Shown: one piece after another, positions 44,934 to 53,422 of the stretch
Position numbering within the stretch: the stretch's first letter is position 1
How the letters are laid out: every line of letters starts with the position of its first letter
Position numbers and translations under genes: made by a program
The notes under the pieces: model-generated
The model's input: only the letters and a program-made list of their open reading frames with translations
Told to the model about the DNA's origin: nothing
Databases searched by the model: none
Origin: Lysobacterales bacterium
GTDB lineage: Bacteria; Pseudomonadota; Gammaproteobacteria; Xanthomonadales; SZUA-36
Length of the DNA stretch: 59,667 nucleotides
Assembly (NCBI GenBank): GCA_036447475.1
Contig: JAZFUZ010000221.1
Span: 1 to 59,667 of the forward strand
Reading direction: 5' to 3'

Positions 44934-45575
44934 ATGAGCAGCCAGCGAATTTCATATATTCGAACCGAAGACATGGACCAGGACATGCAAAAAGAGATGC
45001 ACCGCTGCCAGATCGAAGGTACGCCACGCCCCGAAAGTTCAGCGATCCGCGCCCATGTGCCAGCTGCATTCTGGTTCTTTGCCAATTCCTGGAACGACAT
45101 TTACAGAAACGGGGTGCTTGACCACGCGATCAAGGAACTTTGCCGGCTCTACGTGTCGCGATCTGTGAAATGTGAATACTGCGGTAATCAGCGTTCTGTG
45201 AAGGCGGCAGCGACCGGTGCTTTGCAGGAAGATCACGTCACTGAGATTATGAATTTCGAAAAATCAGACAAATACAGCGAACGCCAAAAGGCCGCACTGA
45301 CCTATGCCGAAGCAATTGTTTTTCGGCTGGATACCGACGACGCTTTCTGGGCGCGTTTGCAGCGCAATTTCAATGAGCCGGAACTGGTGGAACTCGGCTG
45401 CATGATCGGACTGACCCTGGGACAGCAGAGCTGGCTGCGCATGCTGAATATTGAACATCACGAGGTACTCGCCGGATCCACAGCCTCAATGGCGCCGGGT
45501 TACGAGGATACCGACTCGCTCAAGAAGACAAAATTAGAGGATGACTACTGGGCCAACTCATCATCGACAGGCTGA
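44934..45575 (+). CDS. Carboxymuconolactone-decarboxylase (AhpD-like) family protein
   Basis: 213 aa with the CMD-type CxxC 'VKCEYCGNQ' and an AGAGG RBS upstream. ATG 44934 was preferred over TTG 44907. Confidence 0.65.
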   Translation: MSSQRISYIRTEDMDQDMQKEMHRCQIEGTPRPESSAIRAHVPAAFWFFANSWNDIYRNGVLDHAIKELCRLYVSRSVKCEYCGNQRSVKAAATGALQEDHVTEIMNFEKSDKYSERQKAALTYAEAIVFRLDTDDAFWARLQRNFNEPELVELGCMIGLTLGQQSWLRMLNIEHHEVLAGSTASMAPGYEDTDSLKKTKLEDDYWANSSSTG

Positions 45576-45625
45576 GACCCAAAACAGTCTTGAATTTGCT
45601 GCAATGTTGATAGAATTGGACTGCC

Positions 45626-46357
45626 ATGGCAGAGCGAGCGCAAACCGACAATATCCAGATCCGATTGAGAAATTTGGGCCGCAGCTATACGGAAGGCAAG
45701 CAGCAGCATAAAGTCTTGAGCAATGTGAGTGCGGATTTTTTGCAGGGTGAATCAGTGGCCATCCGCGGCCGCAGCGGTTCCGGAAAATCGACGCTGCTTA
45801 ACCTGATCAGTGGTATTGACGCCCCCGACTCCGGGCAAGTCGAAATTGCGGGGCTCAACATCACCGCGATGACTGAGCGCGACCGGACGCTGTTCCGTCG
45901 CAAACACATCGGCTTTGTCTACCAGGCATTCAACCTGGTGCCAACGCTCACCGTAGCTGACAACCTGCGCCTGGTACTAGAACTGAACAACGTGCCGCAT
46001 GTCGAGACAGCGGATCGCATCGACGAGTCATTGCACGCGGTGGAACTGGCGGAGCGCGCCGGCAGTTATCCGGATGTGCTGTCGGGAGGCGAACAACAGC
46101 GCGTCGCCATCGCCAGAGCATTGTGCCACCGGCCATTGATCCTGCTGGCGGACGAACCCACTGGCAATCTGGACGATAAAACCGCAGCTATGGTTCTGCA
46201 ATTGCTCGATACACTGGTCAGAAAAACCGGCGGCACGATGATTGTAGCTACACACAGTGCAAGCGTAGCCTCGTTTTGCGATCGCGTCATGAATCTACAC
46301 GACGGGGCACTGCGCGACGGCACGCTCGTTCACCATCAGGACCAGCGGGAAAATTAA
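45626..46357 (+). CDS. ABC-transporter ATP-binding protein (LolD/MacB/AttE-like)
   Basis: Walker A 'GRSGSGKST', signature 'LSGGEQQRVAIARAL', Walker B 'ILLADEPTGNLD'. Confidence 0.9.
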   Translation: MAERAQTDNIQIRLRNLGRSYTEGKQQHKVLSNVSADFLQGESVAIRGRSGSGKSTLLNLISGIDAPDSGQVEIAGLNITAMTERDRTLFRRKHIGFVYQAFNLVPTLTVADNLRLVLELNNVPHVETADRIDESLHAVELAERAGSYPDVLSGGEQQRVAIARALCHRPLILLADEPTGNLDDKTAAMVLQLLDTLVRKTGGTMIVATHSASVASFCDRVMNLHDGALRDGTLVHHQDQREN

Positions 46358-46359
46358 TA

Positions 46360-48888
46360 ATGCCCGTGCTGTACCGCGCAAGCCTTGGTTATTTGCTGCG
46401 CCACCCCTGGCAACTGGCGCTGGCGCTGCTGGGGATTTGTATCGGAGTGGCCGTCATCGTCGCTGTGGATCTGGCCAACGAAAGCTCAAGGAAAGCTTTC
46501 GCGCTGTCGATGGATACCATTACCGGCGAAGCGACGCATCAGATCATTGGCGGGCCAAATGGTGTCGAAGAAAAATTGTATGCCAGGCTGCGCGTGGAAG
46601 CCGGAATTCGCAGCATCGCACCTGTCCTTGAGGGTTATGTAGAAGTTAACAATGCAACCATCCGGCTTCTCGGCGTCGATCTGTTTGCCGAGCGACAGAT
46701 GCGCACATTTACCTTCGATGTGAAATCGGCCCCGGCCGAGACTGGCCTCTCAGCCGAAGCGCTGTTCAGCAGCATTCTTACTGACCCCGGTGCGGTTCTG
46801 ATGTCTCAACAAACAGCGGATTCATTGGGCTTGCAGGCCGGCGACACTTTTATGGTTTCGGCTGGCGGAAAAACATTTCCGGCGTCTTTGCCTGGCCTGC
46901 TGGGCAACGGGAAATCCTCCGCTCTCAACAAACTCATGGTGGTTGACATCGCGGTAGCCCAGACATGGCTGAATCAATTCGGCTGGCTGTCGCGAATTGA
47001 CGTACGAATTCCTACCGGCGACAGCACCTTGCAAGGTAAACTGAAAGACCTGCTGCCCCCCGGCACACAGCTACTCAACGCGGCGGGACGCACCCGGTCT
47101 CTGACCGAAATGAGCACTGCGTTCATGACCAACCTCACGGCCATGAGTCTGTTGGCCTTGCTGGTAGGCATATTCCTGATTTATAACAGTGTCAGCTTTG
47201 CGGTCTTGCAGCGGCGCGAATTGATCGGTGTATTACGGGCACTGGGGGTGACCCGACAGCAAGTCTTTGCGCTGATTCTGACCGAAGGCGCTGTGCTTGG
47301 TTTGGTTGGCGCTGCGATGGGCGTAATGCTGGGCATTTGGCTTGGAGAGCATCTGCTGGTGCTGGTCTCGCGTTCCATCAACGATTTTTACTTCCGCGTG
47401 AGCGTTAGCGAAGTCACGGTCAACCCTTATTCCATAGGCAAGGGATTGATTGCAGGGCTTGGCGCAACGCTGGTTGCCGCGGTTGTGCCGGCCGCCGAAG
47501 CCGCTTCGTATCAGCCCCGGCTCGCACTGGCACGTTCGGTGCTTGAACATCGAATTGGTAGACTCCTGCCCGTAATCGCCATCGCCGGGATCAGCATGGG
47601 CCTGCTGGCCGTCCTGCTTTTGTATGTGTCCGGCAGCAATCTTGTTGCGGGACTTGCCGCCGTGTTCATGCTTATTCTGGGGTTTGCCTTGTGCGTGCCC
47701 CTGGCGGTCAGAGCGATTACATCAGTCCTCGAGCCGTTGGCGGCGAAATTGGGCGGGACGCCGGCGCGACTGGCCGTCTCCGGTATCGGGGCAAACTTGA
47801 GCCGCACTGGCGTCGCCATTGTTGCGCTGGCAGTGGCCGTATCGGCGACCATCGGCGTCAGTGTCATGGTCAACAGTTTTCGTGGTTCCGTCAGTGCATG
47901 GCTGGACAAAACGTTACAGTCCGACATCTATCTCAACGCGCCGCACGGCACGCTGGACCACGATCTGATTGAAGATCTGGTCCGGGCTCCCGGCGTTGAA
48001 GCCTACAGCAGCACCCGCAGGGTCTGGTTGGAGAATGAAACGGGCCGTACCCGCATCATCGCTGTGCAACTGGCGCCTGGCGGTTCTGCCGGCTTGGATA
48101 TATTGGACGCCGATCCGGAACTCGCCTGGCGGGCAGTTGAGGGGGCGGGTGCTGTTCTCGTCTCCGAGCCATATGCGTATCACAACGCCGTTGCTGCCGG
48201 TGACACAATCAAACTGCTCACCCGGTTTGGTGAACAGGACTTTCTCGTTGCTGCGACCTGGCAGAGCTACGACGTCAATGCCGGTGCAGTACTCATGAGC
48301 CGCCGCACTTACGACAGATTCTGGAATGATTCCAGAATTGACTCGATTGGCCTTTATATGAGTCCTGGTACGAACATTGATGATCTCTTACAGCAATTGA
48401 CCGACATCAGCGCAGGCCGGCAGCAGATTTTCCTGCGCTCGAACCGCGAGATCCGGGATCTGACACTGCAGATATTTGACCGCACATTTATAATTACTGA
48501 CGTTCTTTACTGGCTGGCGACCGGCGTCGCGCTGATCGGCATTCTTGGCTCCATGCTGGCGCTGCAACTGGAGCGGGGCCGTGAACTGGCCATTCTGCGA
48601 GCACTTGGTATGACGCCGGCGCAACTGGGCAGCATGGTGACGATGCAATCCGCTGCGATCGGCCTGCTGAGCGGCCTGGCCGCGGTGCCGTTGGGGCTGG
48701 TGATGGCCTGGGTACTCATAGAAGTCATCAACCGCCGTGCGTTTGGCTGGCAGATGGACATCCAGGTGTCGCCGCAGGTATTGCTGACGACGGTGCTGCT
48801 CTCCGTCGGCGCAGCCTTGCTGGCAGGCTTATACCCGGCGTATCGCGCGGCTAGCAGCTCGCCCGCCCATGCCATGCGCGAGGAATAA
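46360..48888 (+). CDS. ABC-transporter permease with duplicated FtsX domains (AttF/AttG-like fusion)
   Basis: 842 aa. Two four-TM FtsX-type modules are each preceded by a large extracytoplasmic loop. The ATG lies 2 nt after the ATPase stop. Confidence 0.85.
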   Translation: MPVLYRASLGYLLRHPWQLALALLGICIGVAVIVAVDLANESSRKAFALSMDTITGEATHQIIGGPNGVEEKLYARLRVEAGIRSIAPVLEGYVEVNNATIRLLGVDLFAERQMRTFTFDVKSAPAETGLSAEALFSSILTDPGAVLMSQQTADSLGLQAGDTFMVSAGGKTFPASLPGLLGNGKSSALNKLMVVDIAVAQTWLNQFGWLSRIDVRIPTGDSTLQGKLKDLLPPGTQLLNAAGRTRSLTEMSTAFMTNLTAMSLLALLVGIFLIYNSVSFAVLQRRELIGVLRALGVTRQQVFALILTEGAVLGLVGAAMGVMLGIWLGEHLLVLVSRSINDFYFRVSVSEVTVNPYSIGKGLIAGLGATLVAAVVPAAEAASYQPRLALARSVLEHRIGRLLPVIAIAGISMGLLAVLLLYVSGSNLVAGLAAVFMLILGFALCVPLAVRAITSVLEPLAAKLGGTPARLAVSGIGANLSRTGVAIVALAVAVSATIGVSVMVNSFRGSVSAWLDKTLQSDIYLNAPHGTLDHDLIEDLVRAPGVEAYSSTRRVWLENETGRTRIIAVQLAPGGSAGLDILDADPELAWRAVEGAGAVLVSEPYAYHNAVAAGDTIKLLTRFGEQDFLVAATWQSYDVNAGAVLMSRRTYDRFWNDSRIDSIGLYMSPGTNIDDLLQQLTDISAGRQQIFLRSNREIRDLTLQIFDRTFIITDVLYWLATGVALIGILGSMLALQLERGRELAILRALGMTPAQLGSMVTMQSAAIGLLSGLAAVPLGLVMAWVLIEVINRRAFGWQMDIQVSPQVLLTTVLLSVGAALLAGLYPAYRAASSSPAHAMREE

Positions 48889-48892
48889 GATA

Positions 48893-50092
48893 ATGCTTTA
48901 TATGAAGAAGAAACCATTACTTATTGTTTTAATATCGATTATTATCTTCTTTATAGCCCGGTTTATTGGTTTTTCCTCGGCTCCACCGGTTGCGCCGGAG
49001 GTGCAAGGAAATGCTTCCCGTCTGTCCGAACTCCTGTCCGGCGACGGTGTCGAGGGCTACTCAAAGACCAGCAAAAAAAGGACATTCCTGTTCCCGGAAG
49101 ATCACGGCCCACACCCCGGCTTTCGCAACGAATGGTGGTACCTGACCGGTAACCTCGACAGTGAACGAGGGCAGCGTTTCGGTTTCGAACTCACCTTCTT
49201 TCGTTTTGCGCTGAGACCTGAACCACACTCAGATGCTACCCGGCCCTCAGGTTCGAAATGGCAGACCCATCAGGTCTACATAGCCCATTTTGCCGTCACC
49301 GACAAAAAAAATGAACAATTTCATGTTGCACAACGATTTTCGCGAGATGCGCTGGGACTGGCGGGTGCACAAACCACGCCCTTTAAAGTCTGGATCGAAG
49401 ACTGGTCTATCAAGGAAAAACAAAATACGGGCGCCGCAGCGGCTTTTGCTGAAAACTGGGAGCTTACGGCGTCGGATGACAACTTCTCCCTCCATCTGAA
49501 CCTGATTGCTGACAAGCTACCTGTCCTCAACGGCACAGACGGCCTGTTGCAAAAATCAGCGGCGGAAGGCAACGCCTCTTATTACTACTCCATATCAAGA
49601 CTGCGCAGCGAAGGTATTTTACGCATAGCAGGAGAGACCCACGCGGTATCCGGGATGTCCTGGCTGGACCGTGAATGGAGCAACAGCGCATTGGCCCGTG
49701 ATCAGCAGGGCTGGGACTGGTTCGCGCTGCAACTGTCCGATGGCAGCGACCTGATGTTCTACAACATCCGGAAAATCGATGGCAGCCAGGATGAGTACAG
49801 TGCCGGCACCTGGATCGCCAAAGACGGAGAGCCCCGGCATCTCAGCCGGGACGATCTGACGATTACGGTCACCGATGAATGGGAAAGCCCCGAAGGCGGC
49901 ACCTATCCTTCGCGCTGGGATATTCGACTGCCGGAGCTGGATCTCCTGCTTACGGTCACTCCGATACTCGACAACCAGGAATTATTCACCACAGTCCGTT
50001 ACTGGGAAGGCGCTGTCGATGTGACAGGCCAACGCAACCAACAGCCTATCGAAGGTCGCGGCTACGTTGAACTCACCGGCTATGCGAAGTAG
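48893..50092 (+). CDS. AttH-like / CrtC (hydroxyneurosporene-synthase) lipocalin-domain protein, N-terminal anchor
   Basis: 399 aa with TM 'LLIVLISIIIFFIARFIGF', plus 'HPGFRNEWWYLTGNL' and 'SWLDREWS', which I recall from the AttH/CrtC-like family. It starts 4 nt after the permease stop. Confidence 0.65.
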   Translation: MLYMKKKPLLIVLISIIIFFIARFIGFSSAPPVAPEVQGNASRLSELLSGDGVEGYSKTSKKRTFLFPEDHGPHPGFRNEWWYLTGNLDSERGQRFGFELTFFRFALRPEPHSDATRPSGSKWQTHQVYIAHFAVTDKKNEQFHVAQRFSRDALGLAGAQTTPFKVWIEDWSIKEKQNTGAAAAFAENWELTASDDNFSLHLNLIADKLPVLNGTDGLLQKSAAEGNASYYYSISRLRSEGILRIAGETHAVSGMSWLDREWSNSALARDQQGWDWFALQLSDGSDLMFYNIRKIDGSQDEYSAGTWIAKDGEPRHLSRDDLTITVTDEWESPEGGTYPSRWDIRLPELDLLLTVTPILDNQELFTTVRYWEGAVDVTGQRNQQPIEGRGYVELTGYAK

Positions 50093-50109
50093 CCGGCCCC
50101 GGCCCAAGG

Positions 50110-51534
50110 TCAGGCTTTGCTGATCTTGATCGTCTGAATGTCGGTATTCTCCGCCAGACCCCAGTGGCCAAACTCACAGCCGATACCGGACTGCTTCATA
50201 CCCCCCATGGGAGCGTTGGGCTGAATATCGGCGTGCGTATTGACCCAAACCGAACCGCACTCCAGCCGCCCTGCGAGTTCGGCTGCCTGGTCGAGGTCCT
50301 TAGACCAAATGGAACCACCCAGACCGGCTGAACTGTTGTTGGCGCGTCGGATGGCGTCTTCTATATCGGAATACTTGATGACCGGAACAATGGGGCCGAA
50401 TTGCTCTTCATCTACCAGCCGGGTCCCATCGCTGATATGGGTAACAATCGTGGGCGGAAAGAAATAACCAGGGCCGCCTGTTGCTTCGCCGCCGGTTAAA
50501 AAGGTTGCGCCCGCCGCCCTGGCGTCATCCGCCAGATCCCGCACGATGTTGAGCTGTTTCTCGTTTTGCAAGGGTCCCAGATCGGTATCTTCATCCAGGC
50601 CGTTGCCATTTTTGATGTTGTTGGCGATGGCAGCCATTTCCGCACACACTTCATCGTAAATGTCCTCATGCACATAGAGACGCTTGAGCGCCTGGCAGGT
50701 CTGGCCATTGTTGTGAAAACAGACCTTGAACAGTTTCGGTGCGACTTCCTTTGGATCCACGTCGGGCAATACGATGCCGGCATCGTTGCCGCCAAGTTCG
50801 AGGGTGAGACGCTTGAGATTGCCCGAAGCTGCCTTCATGACTGATTTGCCCGTACTGCTCGACCCGGTAAACACAATCTTATTGATGCCCGGGTGGCTGG
50901 CGATTGCTGCCCCTACTTCAGCGTCGCCGACCACTACATTGAGCACTCCGGGTGGCAGAATCTCATTGGCGATTGCGGCGAAACGCAGCGTCGTAACAGG
51001 CGTGAATTCAGAGGGCTTGCCCACCACGGTATTGCCTGCCAGCAACGCGGGCGCATAATGCCACACCGCAATCATAAGCGGCCAGTTCCACGGCGTGATC
51101 GAACCAACCACACCAATGGGCCTGTGGTGCACTTCAACCCGCGCGACCTCGTCATCCTGGATGACTTCAATCGGCAGTTCGGTTTCTGCGGTGACCTGCA
51201 TCCATGCCATTGAACCACCGACTTCCATACCTGATCCGATGCCCGAGTAACCCTTCATCGGCTTGCCGGTTTCCTGGGTCAGCAGCTTCATGAGTTCAGG
51301 CATATTGGCCTCCAGCGCAGCGGCCAGTTCGTGCAACTTCGCCTTGCGCTCGTCATGGTCCAGGGCCGACCAGGCAGGAAAAGCTGCCCGTGCCGCCACA
51401 ACGGCGTCATTTACGTGCTGCGGGGTACCGATGGAAACCTGTGCAAAATGCTCGCCGGTCGCCGGATTGATCACACCGGTCGTTGCCTGTGTCATGACTT
51501 TTTGGCCATTGATGATCATGGGAAAACTTGCCAT
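50110..51534 (-). CDS. NAD(P)+-dependent aldehyde dehydrogenase
   Basis: 474 aa with 'FTGSSSTGKSV', 'LELGGNDAGIV' (catalytic Glu) and 'FHNNGQTCQALKR' (catalytic Cys). Confidence 0.9.
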   Translation of the reverse strand: MASFPMIINGQKVMTQATTGVINPATGEHFAQVSIGTPQHVNDAVVAARAAFPAWSALDHDERKAKLHELAAALEANMPELMKLLTQETGKPMKGYSGIGSGMEVGGSMAWMQVTAETELPIEVIQDDEVARVEVHHRPIGVVGSITPWNWPLMIAVWHYAPALLAGNTVVGKPSEFTPVTTLRFAAIANEILPPGVLNVVVGDAEVGAAIASHPGINKIVFTGSSSTGKSVMKAASGNLKRLTLELGGNDAGIVLPDVDPKEVAPKLFKVCFHNNGQTCQALKRLYVHEDIYDEVCAEMAAIANNIKNGNGLDEDTDLGPLQNEKQLNIVRDLADDARAAGATFLTGGEATGGPGYFFPPTIVTHISDGTRLVDEEQFGPIVPVIKYSDIEDAIRRANNSSAGLGGSIWSKDLDQAAELAGRLECGSVWVNTHADIQPNAPMGGMKQSGIGCEFGHWGLAENTDIQTIKISKA

Positions 51535-51629
51535 TTCTTGCTCCTTTATGTAATGCCATGAACGTTAATCATTGTTAAGCATTGAGTCAATTATAAAGCC
51601 TAAGATAGCGTGGGGTCAGGCAGCGTGAA

Positions 51630-51700
51630 GTCAGAGAACCATTTCCTTGGAAAAGTGATTCCGGTTTTACCTGTGATAAGCCGGGAAATGGCTCTCTGAC
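51630..51700. repeat. REP/MITE-like element, copy B (71 bp)
   Basis: GTCAGAGAACCATTTCC (51630-51646) pairs with GGAAATGGCTCTCTGAC (51684-51700). An extra GGGGTCAGG lies at 51612-51620. It sits in the divergent aldehyde-DH / acuI intergenic region. Confidence 0.6.
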
Positions 51701-51748
51701 CACTTTTCGCGGATAATCGGGGTTTCATTGACCTCAGGAAAACAGGAC

Positions 51749-52762
51749 ATGAGCAATATTCCCGCCACCTTCCGGGCTTTTCGAATTCACCACGATGCAC
51801 AAGGCCACCGTTCCGGCATCGAGAATATTTCGATTGATGACCTGGCCGAAGGGGACGTGACGATCCGGGTCGAATGGTCGAGCGTTAATTATAAGGATGC
51901 CCTGGCGGCAACGGGTAAAGGAAAAATTCTCAAGCGCTACCCCATGGCCGGGGGGATCGATGTAGCCGGAAAGGTGGTGGAATCAAGCAGTGATCGTTTT
52001 CAACCGGGCGATGAGGTGCTTGCCAATGGCTCCGGTCTCGGTGAAGACCGCGATGGCGGTTTTGCGGAATATCTCCGTTTACAGAGCGACTGGGTGATGC
52101 CATTGCCGCCCGGTCTGACAACCCGCGAAGCAATGGGCCTCGGTACGGCAGGATTCACCGCAGCGATGTGCCTGTACCGCATGGAAGCCAACGGGCAGAA
52201 ACCTGAGAATGGCCCGATCGTGGTGACCGGCGCCAGTGGCGGCGTAGGAACCATCGCCATCAATCTGCTGACCCATGCCGGTTACGAAGTGCATGCCATT
52301 ACCGGAAAAGTGGAGGAATTTGATTGGTTGGAACATCTCGGCGCCAACCAGTGTATCTCCCGTCATGATCTGCACTGGGGCCAGAGACCGCTGGAGAAAA
52401 CGACCTGGGCCGGCTGCATCGACAATGTCGGTGGTGACATGCTTGCCGGCATCAGCCGGGTTATTAATCTGTGGGGCAATATCGCCTGCTGTGGCATGAC
52501 AGGCGGCCATGGACTGAATACCACGGTTTTCCCCTTGATTCTACGCGGCGTCAGCTTCCTGGGCATCAGTTCAAATAACTGCCCTATCGACATCCGTAAA
52601 ATGCTATGGGACCGCCTGGCCAATGAATGGAAACCCCCCCACCTGGACGAAATCATCAAGCGGGAAGTCCCGTTGGATGGTATGGAACCAGTTTTCAAAC
52701 ACATGATGGATGGAAAATCACTGGGGAGAACCGTCGTTAATATACACAATGAAACAGGATAA
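51749..52762 (+). CDS. acuI: YhdH/AcuI-family acrylyl-CoA reductase (MDR quinone-oxidoreductase-like)
   Basis: It aligns collinearly with remembered E. coli YhdH: 'GDVTIRVEWSSVNYKDALAATGKGKI', 'GTAGFTAAMC', 'IVVTGASGGVG', 'GGCVAACG'-type 'GNIACCGMTGG', and a C-terminal 'GRTVV'. Confidence 0.85.
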   Translation: MSNIPATFRAFRIHHDAQGHRSGIENISIDDLAEGDVTIRVEWSSVNYKDALAATGKGKILKRYPMAGGIDVAGKVVESSSDRFQPGDEVLANGSGLGEDRDGGFAEYLRLQSDWVMPLPPGLTTREAMGLGTAGFTAAMCLYRMEANGQKPENGPIVVTGASGGVGTIAINLLTHAGYEVHAITGKVEEFDWLEHLGANQCISRHDLHWGQRPLEKTTWAGCIDNVGGDMLAGISRVINLWGNIACCGMTGGHGLNTTVFPLILRGVSFLGISSNNCPIDIRKMLWDRLANEWKPPHLDEIIKREVPLDGMEPVFKHMMDGKSLGRTVVNIHNETG

Positions 52763-52798
52763 TCTTAAAAATTTCATTGATTTACGCCAGAATCAATA

Positions 52799-52870
52799 TC
52801 AGAGAGCCATTTCCTTGAAAATCGATTCCATTGGCGCATGCAATTGGCAACGAAATGGTTCTCTGACCCC
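52799..52870. repeat. REP/MITE-like element, copy C (72 bp)
   Basis: TCAGAGAGCCATTTCC (52799-52814) pairs with GAAATGGTTCTCTGACCCC (52852-52870). The internal sequence CCTTGAAAATCGATTCC parallels copy B (CCTTGGAAAAGTGATTCC), in the same orientation as copy B. Confidence 0.6.
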
Positions 52871-52942
52871 ATGCCAATGCGGTACCATTATCTTCCAGAA
52901 CTTCAAACAATTTTTTTCTAAGCTGCCTCATGGAGTAATTGC

Positions 52943-53422
52943 ATGACCATACAGATTGGTGACCGTATCCCCGACGCTACTTTGACGACTATGACCGATG
53001 GTAAACCCGTGCCACTGACGACCGCTGAATTGTTTGGGGGTAAAAAGGTGGTGTTATTTTCCGTTCCTGGTGCTTTCACACCGACCTGTTCGGTCAAGCA
53101 TCTTCCCAGTTTTGTAGATCATGTGGAAGAAATCCTGGGCAAAGGCGTGGACACCATCGCCTGTATGGCAGTAAACGATGTATTTGTCATGAATGCATGG
53201 GGCAAAAGCGCCAATGCGGACAAGATCGCCATGCTGGCTGATGGCAACGGCGAATTCGCCAAGTCGCTGGGCCTCGAAATGGATGCTTCCGGCTTTGGAA
53301 TGGGTGAACGTTCCCAGCGTTTTGCCCTGATCGCCGATGATGGCGTGGTAAGTCACCTGTTCATTGAAGCGCCGGGTGAGTATCGGGTCAGCGCAGCGGA
53401 GCACGTTTTGCTGTCACTCTGA
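52943..53422 (+). CDS. Peroxiredoxin, Prx5 / PrxD type
   Basis: 159 aa with '[15 protein letters not shown]' (peroxidatic Cys), typical of Prx5-type AhpC/TSA proteins. Confidence 0.9.
   Translation: MTIQIGDRIPDATLTTMTDGKPVPLTTAELFGGKKVVLFSVPGAFTPTCSVKHLPSFVDHVEEILGKGVDTIACMAVNDVFVMNAWGKSANADKIAMLADGNGEFAKSLGLEMDASGFGMGERSQRFALIADDGVVSHLFIEAPGEYRVSAAEHVLLSL

Noticed and set aside
46276-46359. N-terminal extension of the FtsX permease ORF. The same issue applies to 42600-42674 for the IorB-like gene, 7893-7916 for tpm, 29038-29091 for CocE/NonD and 48869-48892 for AttH-like.
   Set aside because: The extensions overlap the preceding gene or a hairpin arm and lack an RBS. Downstream ATG/GTG codons give canonical signal, Tat or TM N-termini and tight coupling to the upstream stop.
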